Shown here: positions 8,728 through 17,060 of the stretch, piece by piece
Numbering within the stretch: the first letter of the stretch is position 1
Layout of the letters: each line of letters opens with the position of its first letter
Source of the DNA: an uncultured Gammaproteobacteria bacterium
GTDB taxonomy: Bacteria; Patescibacteriota; Patescibacteriia; VMEV01; CAYQCH01
Assembly: GCA_964503955.1 (NCBI GenBank)
Contig: CAZDCG010000001.1
Coordinates: 316,210-380,209 of the forward strand
Reading direction: 5' to 3'
DNA: 64,000 bases
Position numbers and translations under genes: made by a program
The notes under the pieces: generated by a model
Databases searched by the model: none
The model's input: only the letters and a program-made list of their open reading frames with translations
What the model was told of the DNA's origin: nothing

Positions 8728-9325
8728 CTTTGTCCTCCCGTGGAAGGGTGCGCGATCCGCTGCTCCGGGAGCACCAGATCCGCCACCTGTGGCCTTGCTC
8801 CAGGTGCGTCAACACCCGGGGCTCGCGGCTCAGCGGCCCCCGAGGTCTACAGCTTCGGGGGTCTTCTCGCGCGAAAACCGATCTGACGATTCCGTGTGTC
8901 GGGCCCAGAGTCAACTGATTTCCCAACGACAGAATGAAAACCTCTCCACACCTTCTCAACGTCCGAGGCAGGGGCGCGTAACGCGCTGTTCTGTCAGGCC
9001 TTGCTCTTCGCGCGCGGTGGAGAGCAGGGCGAGAGTGACCAGGGCACAGACGGACAGGAGTCGCCTCCCTCGCTCCCGCTGCGAGATCGTCTTGTGGGAC
9101 GAGAGAGCAGTCGGACGAGATCCCACCGAGTCAGCGACTTGGCACCTGTGGCCGGTCTGGTCGTCCATGAGCTCCGGCGTTGACCGTTGCCCACCGATTG
9201 CCCAGGAAGTGCGGATTCAGCGGGGAAACAGCGCTGAACTGACCTGAGCTGAGAATCTCGATTCTGAGCTAAGGTTAGAGGAATTCCGCTAGAGCTAGCG
9301 ACGCTTCCGCTTTCGCCTCCTGCGC

Positions 9326-9350
9326 GTTCGATTCCCGTCCGGTCCGCCAC
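9326..9350 (+). repeat. attR core (duplicated tRNA-Asp 3' end)
   Basis: Exact 25-nt match to 5424-5448 with no tRNA body upstream of it. Confidence 0.85.
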
Positions 9351-9413
9351 AGAGCCACTCAGCAATAGCTGGGTGGTTTTGTTATACTGCACAGGGCTTT
9401 CTTATTTAGCCTC

Positions 9414-10421
9414 TTGTTTATGGCTTTAGCGTCTCTCTTCTTGCTGCTTTCCTTCCTGAGTTTTCTGGCCTTAGTCATCGGGCTTGTTGACCCTCAGGTG
9501 ATCAGCAATATCACGCGGCAAACGTTATCAAGAAAAGAAATCACTCTCCGTTTTAGTTTGGTCATGATGGCAAGTTTTATTCTCACCGTTGTATTCACTC
9601 CAATCGACCAGGATTATGAGCAAGCCGTAAAATTAGCTGATGAGCCTCGTATAGAAGAATCTGCAAGTTCAATAGCTTTTACGGGCAGCGAGGAGGAACT
9701 CGCAAAGATAACCGATGCTGAGGAGGCTGAGAATTCTACCGAGCAAATAACGCAACAAGCATTGGCCGTCGATGAAGAGGAAGCGGATTACGCCACAAAT
9801 ATCTATCCCGTAAAACAGATCATCGACGGGGATACGATTGACATTGAAGTTAATGGAAACATCACTCGTATTCGTATGATCGGCCTGGATTCTCCTGAAA
9901 AAGACCAATGTTATTTTCAAGATGCAAAAAATAAAATCGCAAGTTTGCTGTCAGGCACATCGGTGACTCTTGAGTATGATCCAAGCCAGGGAGAAAAAGA
10001 CCGATATGGACGCACCCTGGCTTATGTTTTTTTGAAAGACGGAACAAATGTTCAGCAAATCTTGATTCGAGAGGGTTTTGCAAAAGAATACACCTACAAT
10101 ACGGCTTACAAATATCAGACGCTCTTTAAAGAAGCCCAAGAAGAAGCAAAATCAAAAGGTCTGGGCATCTGGAGTTCAGCCTGTGCCGCCCCGGCGCAGC
10201 CGGTCGCAGTAATTCCAGAAGAAAAAGAAACAGCAACAACGCCTCCCCCAGCAGCGCCCGATCTTGTGACATACAATTGCTCTGCCAATGTCTACAACTG
10301 CGCCGACTTCTCCTCTCATCAAGAAGCGCAGGAACTTTACGAATACTGTCTGAAGCAAAGAGGATATGATGTTCACGCTCTCGACCGAGACAAAGACGGG
10401 CTGGCTTGCGAATCTCTCTAA
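9414..10421 (+). CDS. membrane-anchored thermonuclease (SNase-like) with C-terminal Excalibur Ca-binding domain
   Basis: N-terminal TM helix, SNase core (IIDGDTIDIEVNG...RIRMIGLDSPE...RYGRTLAYVF) and C-terminal DRDKDGLACE Excalibur motif. Confidence 0.85.
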   Translation: MFMALASLFLLLSFLSFLALVIGLVDPQVISNITRQTLSRKEITLRFSLVMMASFILTVVFTPIDQDYEQAVKLADEPRIEESASSIAFTGSEEELAKITDAEEAENSTEQITQQALAVDEEEADYATNIYPVKQIIDGDTIDIEVNGNITRIRMIGLDSPEKDQCYFQDAKNKIASLLSGTSVTLEYDPSQGEKDRYGRTLAYVFLKDGTNVQQILIREGFAKEYTYNTAYKYQTLFKEAQEEAKSKGLGIWSSACAAPAQPVAVIPEEKETATTPPPAAPDLVTYNCSANVYNCADFSSHQEAQELYEYCLKQRGYDVHALDRDKDGLACESL

Positions 10422-10910
10422 GATTTTTTACCAAAATAGCTGCGCACAGCCTATCTACTCCAGATTCAATATCGGCGTTCTGTCTTATCCTTCGATACCC
10501 CTCAACGAGAAAAGGGAAATTGCCACCCAAAACGAACAGTGCTCCCCTCGACCGTGACTGATCGAGAGAAGCACCGATGATCATGGACTGCGAGAGCTTG
10601 CGGCCGCGCGGACCGCTCTGGCCGCCGCCAGCGTTGTCGCCCTTGCAGCAGATATGGCTTTCGTGCATCTCGCTTGTGGACAGCAACTGCGGTTGAGTCC
10701 CTTCAGGGTGGACATACGGCACCAAACCATCCCGCAACCATCTATTAGGCGCAGGACATCAAAGAATAGAACCTCTTAAGAAACTCGTCAAGGAATAAAG
10801 CCAGTCTCATTGCTTACCTTGACAATCCCCTTATTTTTGCCTACTCTCGTTGAACACCTCCTTTCTGAAAAGCGATGTCTGTCTCATCTTTTTTCAGAGA
10901 GGAGGTCTTT

Positions 10911-11123
10911 ATGACCGCGAGATACCAGGACACTCCGATGATCGAAGACGGGTCGACGACCGAGGCCTACACCGAGGACGACCGCGTGCACATGATCTGC
11001 TGCATCGAGCGCGGCCGGCGAGCGGGCAGCTGCTTCCGCCCCCGGCTGAGCACCAAGAAGCAGACTGACCGTACTTCGCGCCGCCTCAACGCCGAGCGCT
11101 CCCCGGCGCTCACCACCATCTAG
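10911..11123 (+). CDS. small GC-rich protein (70 aa) with consensus promoter and SD-sequestering leader
   Basis: TTGACA-17-TACTCT promoter at ~10819-10848; the leader cctcctttctgaaaa...ttttcagagaggagg can pair to occlude the GAGAGGAGG SD; ATG 7 nt after the SD; peptide carries an HMICC motif. Confidence 0.4.
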   Translation: MTARYQDTPMIEDGSTTEAYTEDDRVHMICCIERGRRAGSCFRPRLSTKKQTDRTSRRLNAERSPALTTI

Positions 11124-11276
11124 CCGGCAGACTTCGTTCTGCCCGGCCACGCTCGCGCCTACAGATGCTGTCTGTGGGCGCGCTTTCGTTTATGCAAAAG
11201 ATACATAGATGGGGAGCTGCTTACACACCAACAGAGTCATTGCCCGCCGCATCCTTCTGCGGTACGCTTTTGGCAT

Positions 11277-13334
11277 ATGACTATTACATTTCCTTCACGA
11301 CAAGTTTATACGACAAGCATCGTCCTTGGTGCATTCCTGCTCTTTCTTATCCAACCCATGATCAGCAAATTTATCCTGCCGTGGTTTGGCGGCGGGCCGG
11401 GAGTTTGGACCATGGCGCTTGTCTTTTTCCAATGCGCGCTGCTGCTTGGCTATCTCTATGCGCATCTGCTTGGCAGGCTGTCCCTGAAAAAACAGGGATT
11501 TATTCATGGGACATTATTGCTGCTCAGCTTGATCTTTCTGCCCATTATTCCCGATCTCGCGCATGTGCCCGAATGGCCGCAGCCGGGTTTTCGCATTCTC
11601 TTTCTGCTGAGCGCGACAATCGGCTTGCCCTATTTGCTTTTGGCGTCGACTTCGCCTCTTATGCAGCATTGGCTGGCCAAAACTGAGCAGACAGAAAGCA
11701 AGACATACCGTCTCTACGCGCTGTCAAACGCGGCCTCGCTTTTAGGACTTGGCATGTATCCGTTCATTCTTGAACCGCTGTTTGGACTGCGCGCGCAAGC
11801 CTGGATCTGGTCAATTTTCTTTCTGCTCTTTGCCGCTTCAAGCGGATACTGCGCCTGGAAACTGCGAAAAGAAAAAGATGACCAGCTGCAACATGAGGCG
11901 GGCTCAGCTCCTCTCTCGCCTTTGAGAAAAAGCGTCTGGTTCTTTCTGCCAGCCATAGGCGTGGTTCTATTGCTTTCCGTTACCAATCAGCTGACAATCG
12001 ATATCGCGCCAACGCCTTTTCTCTGGGTGCTGCCCTTAAGCGTGTATTTGATCAGCTTTATTCTGTCATTCGGGCAATCCCGTTGGTATGAACGGCGCTG
12101 GTATTTTCCTCTCTTCCTGATTTCAGTCATGTCCATTCTCTGGCTTTTGCTTCAACGCCCTCATCTGCCAACGCATCAGACCATCCTTATTTTTATCACG
12201 CTGCTTTTTGCGGGCACCATGATTTGCCATGGCGAACTCGCGCGCCAAAAACCGGCAACTGAATATTTGACGGAATTCTATTTGCTTCTTTCCGCCGGCG
12301 GCGCGGGCGGAGGTTTGTTTGTAGGACTACTCGCGCCGATTCTCTTTAACGGCTATTGGGAATTCCCGCTCTCCATCGGCATCCTCGTCGTCATGGTCTG
12401 CACCATTGCTTTTTCACATTCCAGGTCTCCTCTGCATTACAGGCGCTCGCTGCTGCGCACCGTCGCATTCGCGCATTTTGGCGTGATCATGCTCGCCGGC
12501 TTCTTTTTTTACGCGCGCGACTTTGGTTCAGACGCGGTGTTCATGGACCGGAATTTTTATGGCATCCTCCGTGTCAGAGACCGCGCGCAGGACGATCCTG
12601 AATTCGCATTCAGAGAATTGCTCAATGGAACAACCTTGCACGGTAGCCAGCTGCTGGCGCAAGACAAGCGCGGCCTGGCAACGACCTACTATGGAGAAAC
12701 AAGCGGGCTTGAACTTGCTTTTCTCTCAAGACGAACAGAAACGCCTTTGCGCGCGGGCGTGATCGGGCTTGGAGCCGGAACAACTGCCGCCTATGGACGC
12801 CCGCAGGATCACTTTCGCTTTTACGAAATCGATCCGGATGTGGAGGATGCCGCGCGCGAATACTTCACCTTTCTTTCGGATTTTCCCGGGCAGGCTGAAG
12901 TGATAACTGGAGACGCGCGGCTCTCGCTTGAAGAGGAAGAAAACCAGGAATTTGACGTTCTGGCTATCGACGCGTTCAGCAGCGACGCGATTCCCTTTCA
13001 TCTGCTGACCAAAGAAGCCTTTGACATTTACCTGCGTCATCTCAAACAGGACGGCATCATTGCCGTGCATATTTCCAATCGCTATCTTCGGCTTGAACCG
13101 GTCGTACTCGCCTTGCGCGACGCGTTCAATCTGGAAGCGAGAATCGTGGAGAGCGCAGACCGCGTGCCAAATTACGTTTCATCAAGCACCTGGATTCTGC
13201 TCAGTCCTGAGCCTATGGTATTCGCGGATGCGCTCTTTGCCGACACGCAACAGGAAGATGAAAGCGGCATTGCCCCTATCCTCTGGACCGATGACAAAAA
13301 TAGTCTATTTGATATCGTAAAACTGTCTTTTTGA
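11277..13334 (+). CDS. polytopic membrane protein fused to a spermidine-synthase-like (aminopropyltransferase/methyltransferase fold) domain
   Basis: ~12 TM N-terminal region; C-terminal GVIGLGAGTTAAY...FDVLAIDAFSSD...DGIIAVHISN matches the SpeE-like fold. Confidence 0.75.
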   Translation: MTITFPSRQVYTTSIVLGAFLLFLIQPMISKFILPWFGGGPGVWTMALVFFQCALLLGYLYAHLLGRLSLKKQGFIHGTLLLLSLIFLPIIPDLAHVPEWPQPGFRILFLLSATIGLPYLLLASTSPLMQHWLAKTEQTESKTYRLYALSNAASLLGLGMYPFILEPLFGLRAQAWIWSIFFLLFAASSGYCAWKLRKEKDDQLQHEAGSAPLSPLRKSVWFFLPAIGVVLLLSVTNQLTIDIAPTPFLWVLPLSVYLISFILSFGQSRWYERRWYFPLFLISVMSILWLLLQRPHLPTHQTILIFITLLFAGTMICHGELARQKPATEYLTEFYLLLSAGGAGGGLFVGLLAPILFNGYWEFPLSIGILVVMVCTIAFSHSRSPLHYRRSLLRTVAFAHFGVIMLAGFFFYARDFGSDAVFMDRNFYGILRVRDRAQDDPEFAFRELLNGTTLHGSQLLAQDKRGLATTYYGETSGLELAFLSRRTETPLRAGVIGLGAGTTAAYGRPQDHFRFYEIDPDVEDAAREYFTFLSDFPGQAEVITGDARLSLEEEENQEFDVLAIDAFSSDAIPFHLLTKEAFDIYLRHLKQDGIIAVHISNRYLRLEPVVLALRDAFNLEARIVESADRVPNYVSSSTWILLSPEPMVFADALFADTQQEDESGIAPILWTDDKNSLFDIVKLSF

Positions 13335-13344
13335 TCAAGAGCGT

Positions 13345-14067
13345 ATGAAAAAAGCTTCTCTGATTATTTGCCTGTTCTTTCTGGCCGGCTGCGCGGTGAA
13401 TCAACCGACAGTTCTTACCGAACAATCGCCGGCTCCCGAAACGGAAAATGAAAATCTGTCCATGCAAATAACGGAGGACCTCGAAGCTTCGGTTAAAAGC
13501 AGCACCATGCCGATTCAGCAAGTGCGTGAACCTGAAGAGTTTCTTGCCTTGCCGTCTTCCACGCCGAAATTCGTTTATCCCATGCAGGGCTATGCCAGCC
13601 GTGTCACCTTCAAGCGGTTCGGCCAGGCAGTCAACGACCGCTTCTGCTGTTTTCATGTGGCTGATGATCTGGAAATCAGTACGGAAGAATACGATATTGA
13701 AATCCCGGTCTATGCCATGGCGGATGGAACCGTCGTCGCCGTGCGGCGCGCTTCAGGATATGGAGGGGTGATCGTCTTGCAGCATGAAATCAACGGCAAA
13801 AGCGTGCAAAGTTTATACGGGCATGTGGATTTATCGCAGACAACAATCAAGCCGGGAGATTCCGTTTCAGCCGGCATGATCATCAGCTACCTTGGTGATC
13901 ATGAGAGCAGCGAAACAGACGGAGAGCGCAAGCACTTGCATTTCAGTGTTTATGAAGGTTCAAACGTGAAGCTAGCGGGATATGTGCAGCGGCGCGACCA
14001 AATTTCAGGCTGGATCAATCCAACAGAATTTTTAGCAAACCTAAGCGCGAGCGAACCGGCAGCGTAA
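13345..14067 (+). CDS. M23 family metallopeptidase lipoprotein
   Basis: Lipoprotein signal (LFFLAGC); YGHVD...GDSVSAGMIISYLG...KHLHFSV motifs (HxH) of LytM/M23. Confidence 0.65.
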   Translation: MKKASLIICLFFLAGCAVNQPTVLTEQSPAPETENENLSMQITEDLEASVKSSTMPIQQVREPEEFLALPSSTPKFVYPMQGYASRVTFKRFGQAVNDRFCCFHVADDLEISTEEYDIEIPVYAMADGTVVAVRRASGYGGVIVLQHEINGKSVQSLYGHVDLSQTTIKPGDSVSAGMIISYLGDHESSETDGERKHLHFSVYEGSNVKLAGYVQRRDQISGWINPTEFLANLSASEPAA

Positions 14068-14120
14068 AAACGACACTTACGAAAGCAGCCCCTCGCCGTT
14101 TCCGGCAAGGGGCTTTGCGT

Positions 14121-14522
14121 TTAGGCGACCTGGGAATCGCCATTCTCGTGCGTGCCGAGAGCACCCGCGAACAACTCGCTGACCACGAACTCCCATTCGT
14201 TGCCATGCCCGTGCAATGCTCCGCAAATGGTCAGCTTCTGCGTGGCAACAAGCTGCTCTCCCTGCTTCTTCCATCCGACAGGCTTCTCATGATGAATCAC
14301 AATTTCAGAGAACGATTCACCCTGCACGATCATTTCCCGGATCGCCTGCAGGAACTTGTGCCGAACCGCTTGGTCGCGGAAGACATCGTAGGGCCGCTTA
14401 TAGCAGGTAAATGTACCTGCCTTTTCCCGGCCGCTAAAGCGGCAGCGAAGCGAGAGTTCGCGCTCTGGTTTGATCACCACCTGCAGCGGACGCTCCGTGT
14501 CGATTTTCATGTGAAACAGCAT
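14121..14522 (-). CDS. hypothetical protein, paralog A of a tandem pair (133 aa)
   Basis: Strong SD (AGAGGGGGA); shares MLFx...F.CYKRPYDVFRDQ...EKPVGWKKQGEQ...TICG...EWEF with the neighbouring ORF. Confidence 0.5.
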   Translation of the reverse strand: MLFHMKIDTERPLQVVIKPERELSLRCRFSGREKAGTFTCYKRPYDVFRDQAVRHKFLQAIREMIVQGESFSEIVIHHEKPVGWKKQGEQLVATQKLTICGALHGHGNEWEFVVSELFAGALGTHENGDSQVA

Positions 14523-14729
14523 TGATCCCCCTCTTGAGCTGAGTAAAGATCATAGGCGCGATTATAGCTTTCGTCAAGGGGTGTTCAGCCCTAAAAAGAG
14601 AGCATGGCGGACTTTGCATGAGCGCTGGTGATTTTTAGGGCCGATTGATCCGGCACCGGCTGGTAAAACATTCCGAAATGTCTAAAATATGAAACCCTCC
14701 GCTATCCGTCTAGACAGCGGAGGGAGGGA

Positions 14730-15128
14730 TCAGGCGGCGGACATGGCGGGAACAGCGTTTTGCTCCACGCAGCCTGCAGCCAGATCTTCCAGAGTGATAA
14801 CCCACTCCTGTTCTCCGGGCTCGATCCGCCCGGCGATGGTGATGGTGTTGGAGGGCTTGCCGTCCTGCCCCCAGCCGACTGGCTCCTGGTCGTAAAGCTC
14901 GCAACGGAATGCGCTCTGCTCGGGCAGAAGCTTGCGCACATGCTCGACCAGCTGGCGGCGCAGAGGCTGGCGCTTCAGCACGTCGACGTAACGCCGAAAC
15001 GCGAAGAAACTGCCGGGAACCGGCTTGGCATCCACCAGGCATAGCTTGCGCCGCAACTTGCCGATGCGGCTGGAACAGAGGCAGAAGAGAAATCGGGTTT
15101 CCGGATCGGGACGCGTATAGAAGAGCAT
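14730..15128 (-). CDS. hypothetical protein, paralog B of the tandem pair (132 aa)
   Basis: SD AAAGGGG; MLFx...FFAFRRYVDVLKRQ...QEPVGWGQDGKP...TIAG...EWVI aligns with paralog A over the full length. Confidence 0.5.
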   Translation of the reverse strand: MLFYTRPDPETRFLFCLCSSRIGKLRRKLCLVDAKPVPGSFFAFRRYVDVLKRQPLRRQLVEHVRKLLPEQSAFRCELYDQEPVGWGQDGKPSNTITIAGRIEPGEQEWVITLEDLAAGCVEQNAVPAMSAA

Positions 15129-15739
15129 GACGGCCCCTTTCTTATTTTTGCCGAATCAACCATCATGCGGATGCAAACGATAAACGTCAACGAAACAGGG
15201 CCTTGTTTTTGACAAAATGTGATGACGAAAGCCCGTGGGGGGGCCAGGTTTCTAAAACAAACGAACTTTTCAGACTCATAGAAAATGACTATCTTCACAT
15301 CGTCACCCCCGCGGAGAAAGTTACTCTTTGCGAAGCAAAGTCTAAACATCGCCAGCGGGGGTCTCATTCTTTAAGAGGCATCGAACAGCCCCCCTCACTC
15401 AGTTGATCTCTTTCGATGCTTGATCCCGTCCCCCCTAAACAGGGGGAAGAGTAGGTGGAGGTATACGGAGAAGCGGAGGGATTATAAAGCCTATTCGGGC
15501 GCGGGGCTCCCTCCTTCGCTAAAGGCTTCGGCGGGCACGCTGTCTCCGCCCGGCACTATTACGTGAAATGGTAAAAATGCTTCACTGTATTGAGCTCCCA
15601 AAGGAAAGATCTGAAACCTGAATTCTGAATTCCGGATCTCTATCTGAGGCGGCTCAGAGTCAGAATTCCGATCCAGATTTCAGAATCCAGAGAGAATCTT
15701 CATTCTGACTGCCAAACGATTCCCTAAGAAAGCACGAAC

Positions 15740-15785
15740 CCCGGCCGCTCCTTGAGAGAGCAACCGGGGTCGTTTGTTGCACTTG
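15740..15785 (-). terminator. rho-independent terminator of the lipoprotein gene (ccccgg...ccgggg + U-rich)
   Basis: On the minus strand, the hairpin gaccccggttgctctctcaaggagcggccggggt is followed by tcgtgctttctt. Confidence 0.5.
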
Positions 15786-15788
15786 GTG

Positions 15789-16874
15789 CTAGGGCTTGAA
15801 CTCCCAGACCTCGTGCTTGTCAGCATCGTAGAAGTAGGTCACGCCGTTATGCGGCTGGCCATCGTCCGAGACGCGGAAGTAGCTGTCGACGACGAACGGA
15901 GCGTCTGCCCCGCTCTGGCGCGTGAAGCTGTTGTCTGCCAGGTCGTAGACGTGCACCCGGTAGCCGGACGGCTGCGCGTCGTCCCTGAGCAGGAAGATCC
16001 TGCCGTTTCCGGCGAAGAGCACATCGCCGCTGATGCCGTCCGGGTGCGTGGCCCCCAGCGTCACCATCGGCTTGGACATGGCCAGCGTGGCGGGCAGGTC
16101 AATGCTCACGACGCGGCGGTTCTCGTTGACCTGCGCCTGTGACAGGTAGTACCCGCCGCCGAGGATGACGAAGGTGTCACCCACCACCGTGCCCAGGCCG
16201 CGGTGCGGGATGGCATCGAGGTCCTGCGTGGTGATCACGTCCCAGGTGTCGGTGCTCTCGTTGAACACATCCAGGCTGGCCTGCCGTTCGAGCTCGAAGC
16301 GGCTGATGTAGCCGTGGCCGGCCAGCAGGCGGTACATCCGCCCGTTGTAGACGAAGTAGTAGCCCTGCTCGTGGGCCGAAGCCGACAGCTTGACCCAGCC
16401 GTTCTGGCCGAGCCGCAGCATGGCCCCAACCGGCGCGGGACTGGGCGGCCACGCCAGCGAGGGCTGGATGGCGTAGAGCGCCTGCGCGGTTCTGAGCAGG
16501 GTCGCGCCGCTGTTCTCCAGGACATTGGGCACGACCATGCCGCCGAGCGGCGAGGAGGCGCCGTTCAGGTTGAACTTGGCGGCCTTGCTCGACACGTCCT
16601 CACCGACGGGGTTGGACGGGTCGTTCACGATCCCGCCCATGATGTGGACCTCCCGCAGCACCGGGTCGAAGTTGAACCCGGGCCCGGTCCAACCGATCTT
16701 GGCCGAACCGGCGACGAGCGAGGAGTCGAGCGTGGCCACCTTGGTCCAGGTGGCGTTGATGACGTTGGCCGTCGTGACGGCCGAAGTGCCGGGCGAAGTC
16801 GAACGGCTGGTATTGCAGCCGGCCAGGACGATCAGCAGCCCGCAGAGAGCCGCGGAAGCGAAAACGTGTCGCAT
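15789..16874 (-). CDS. GC-rich lipoprotein, hypothetical (possibly beta-propeller-like)
   Basis: Lipoprotein signal MRHVFASAALCGLLIVLAGC; TTGACA-17-TATTTT promoter and GGAGAGGGG SD upstream; GC content clearly above neighbours. Confidence 0.6.
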   Translation of the reverse strand: MRHVFASAALCGLLIVLAGCNTSRSTSPGTSAVTTANVINATWTKVATLDSSLVAGSAKIGWTGPGFNFDPVLREVHIMGGIVNDPSNPVGEDVSSKAAKFNLNGASSPLGGMVVPNVLENSGATLLRTAQALYAIQPSLAWPPSPAPVGAMLRLGQNGWVKLSASAHEQGYYFVYNGRMYRLLAGHGYISRFELERQASLDVFNESTDTWDVITTQDLDAIPHRGLGTVVGDTFVILGGGYYLSQAQVNENRRVVSIDLPATLAMSKPMVTLGATHPDGISGDVLFAGNGRIFLLRDDAQPSGYRVHVYDLADNSFTRQSGADAPFVVDSYFRVSDDGQPHNGVTYFYDADKHEVWEFKP

Positions 16875-17060
16875 TGATCAAATTCCCCTCTCCGTTGATC
16901 ACCCCTGAATGAAGTGATCAGCGAAAATAGCATGATTTTGCTCATTTGTCAAATATCTAACGCTTGATCCCAATCCGTCAGAGAGGAGGATAAGAAGGAG
17001 AAGGAAGAATCATTCGCGCCCCTGGCAACTTATGAGAGCGTCTGCTATCATAGCTCCACT

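Larger units (their letters stand above)
5448..9350. mobile_element. Integrative genomic island (~3.9 kb) inserted at the 3' end of tRNA-Asp: int, xis, uncharacterised cargo
   Basis: 25-bp direct repeat of the tRNA 3' end (gttcgattcccgtccggtccgccac) at 5424-5448 and 9326-9350; a tyrosine integrase abuts the tRNA; the interior is markedly GC-rich relative to the flanks; the presumed original tRNA terminator hairpin (ccactcagcaatagctgggtgg + TTTTGTT) sits just right of the distal repeat. Confidence 0.75.

Noticed and set aside
8789-9392. ORFs 8789..9247 (+) and 8994..9392 (-) at the right end of the island
   Set aside because: The translations are low-complexity. The minus ORF runs straight through the attR core and the downstream terminator hairpin. 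I treat this ~700 bp as non-coding or decayed.
10126-10737. 203-aa minus-strand ORF overlapping the 3' end of the nuclease gene
   Set aside because: Only the first ~60 codons resemble the neighbouring 70-aa peptide. The remainder overlaps a well-supported gene on the other strand. I interpret it as a decayed paralog whose frame happens to stay open.
15130-15788. RNase P RNA, tmRNA or SRP RNA in the large ORF-free region
   Set aside because: By eye I could not find the universally conserved motifs of any of these RNAs: the P4 GGAAAGUCCGG/ACAGAACCCGGCUUA for RNase P, the tmRNA termini, or the SRP domain IV.
16203-16908. Plus-strand ORFs 16203..16877 and 16525..16908 antisense to the lipoprotein gene
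   Set aside because: These are GC-rich antisense frames with Gly/Arg/Asp-rich junk translations. The minus-strand gene has a signal peptide, promoter and SD.
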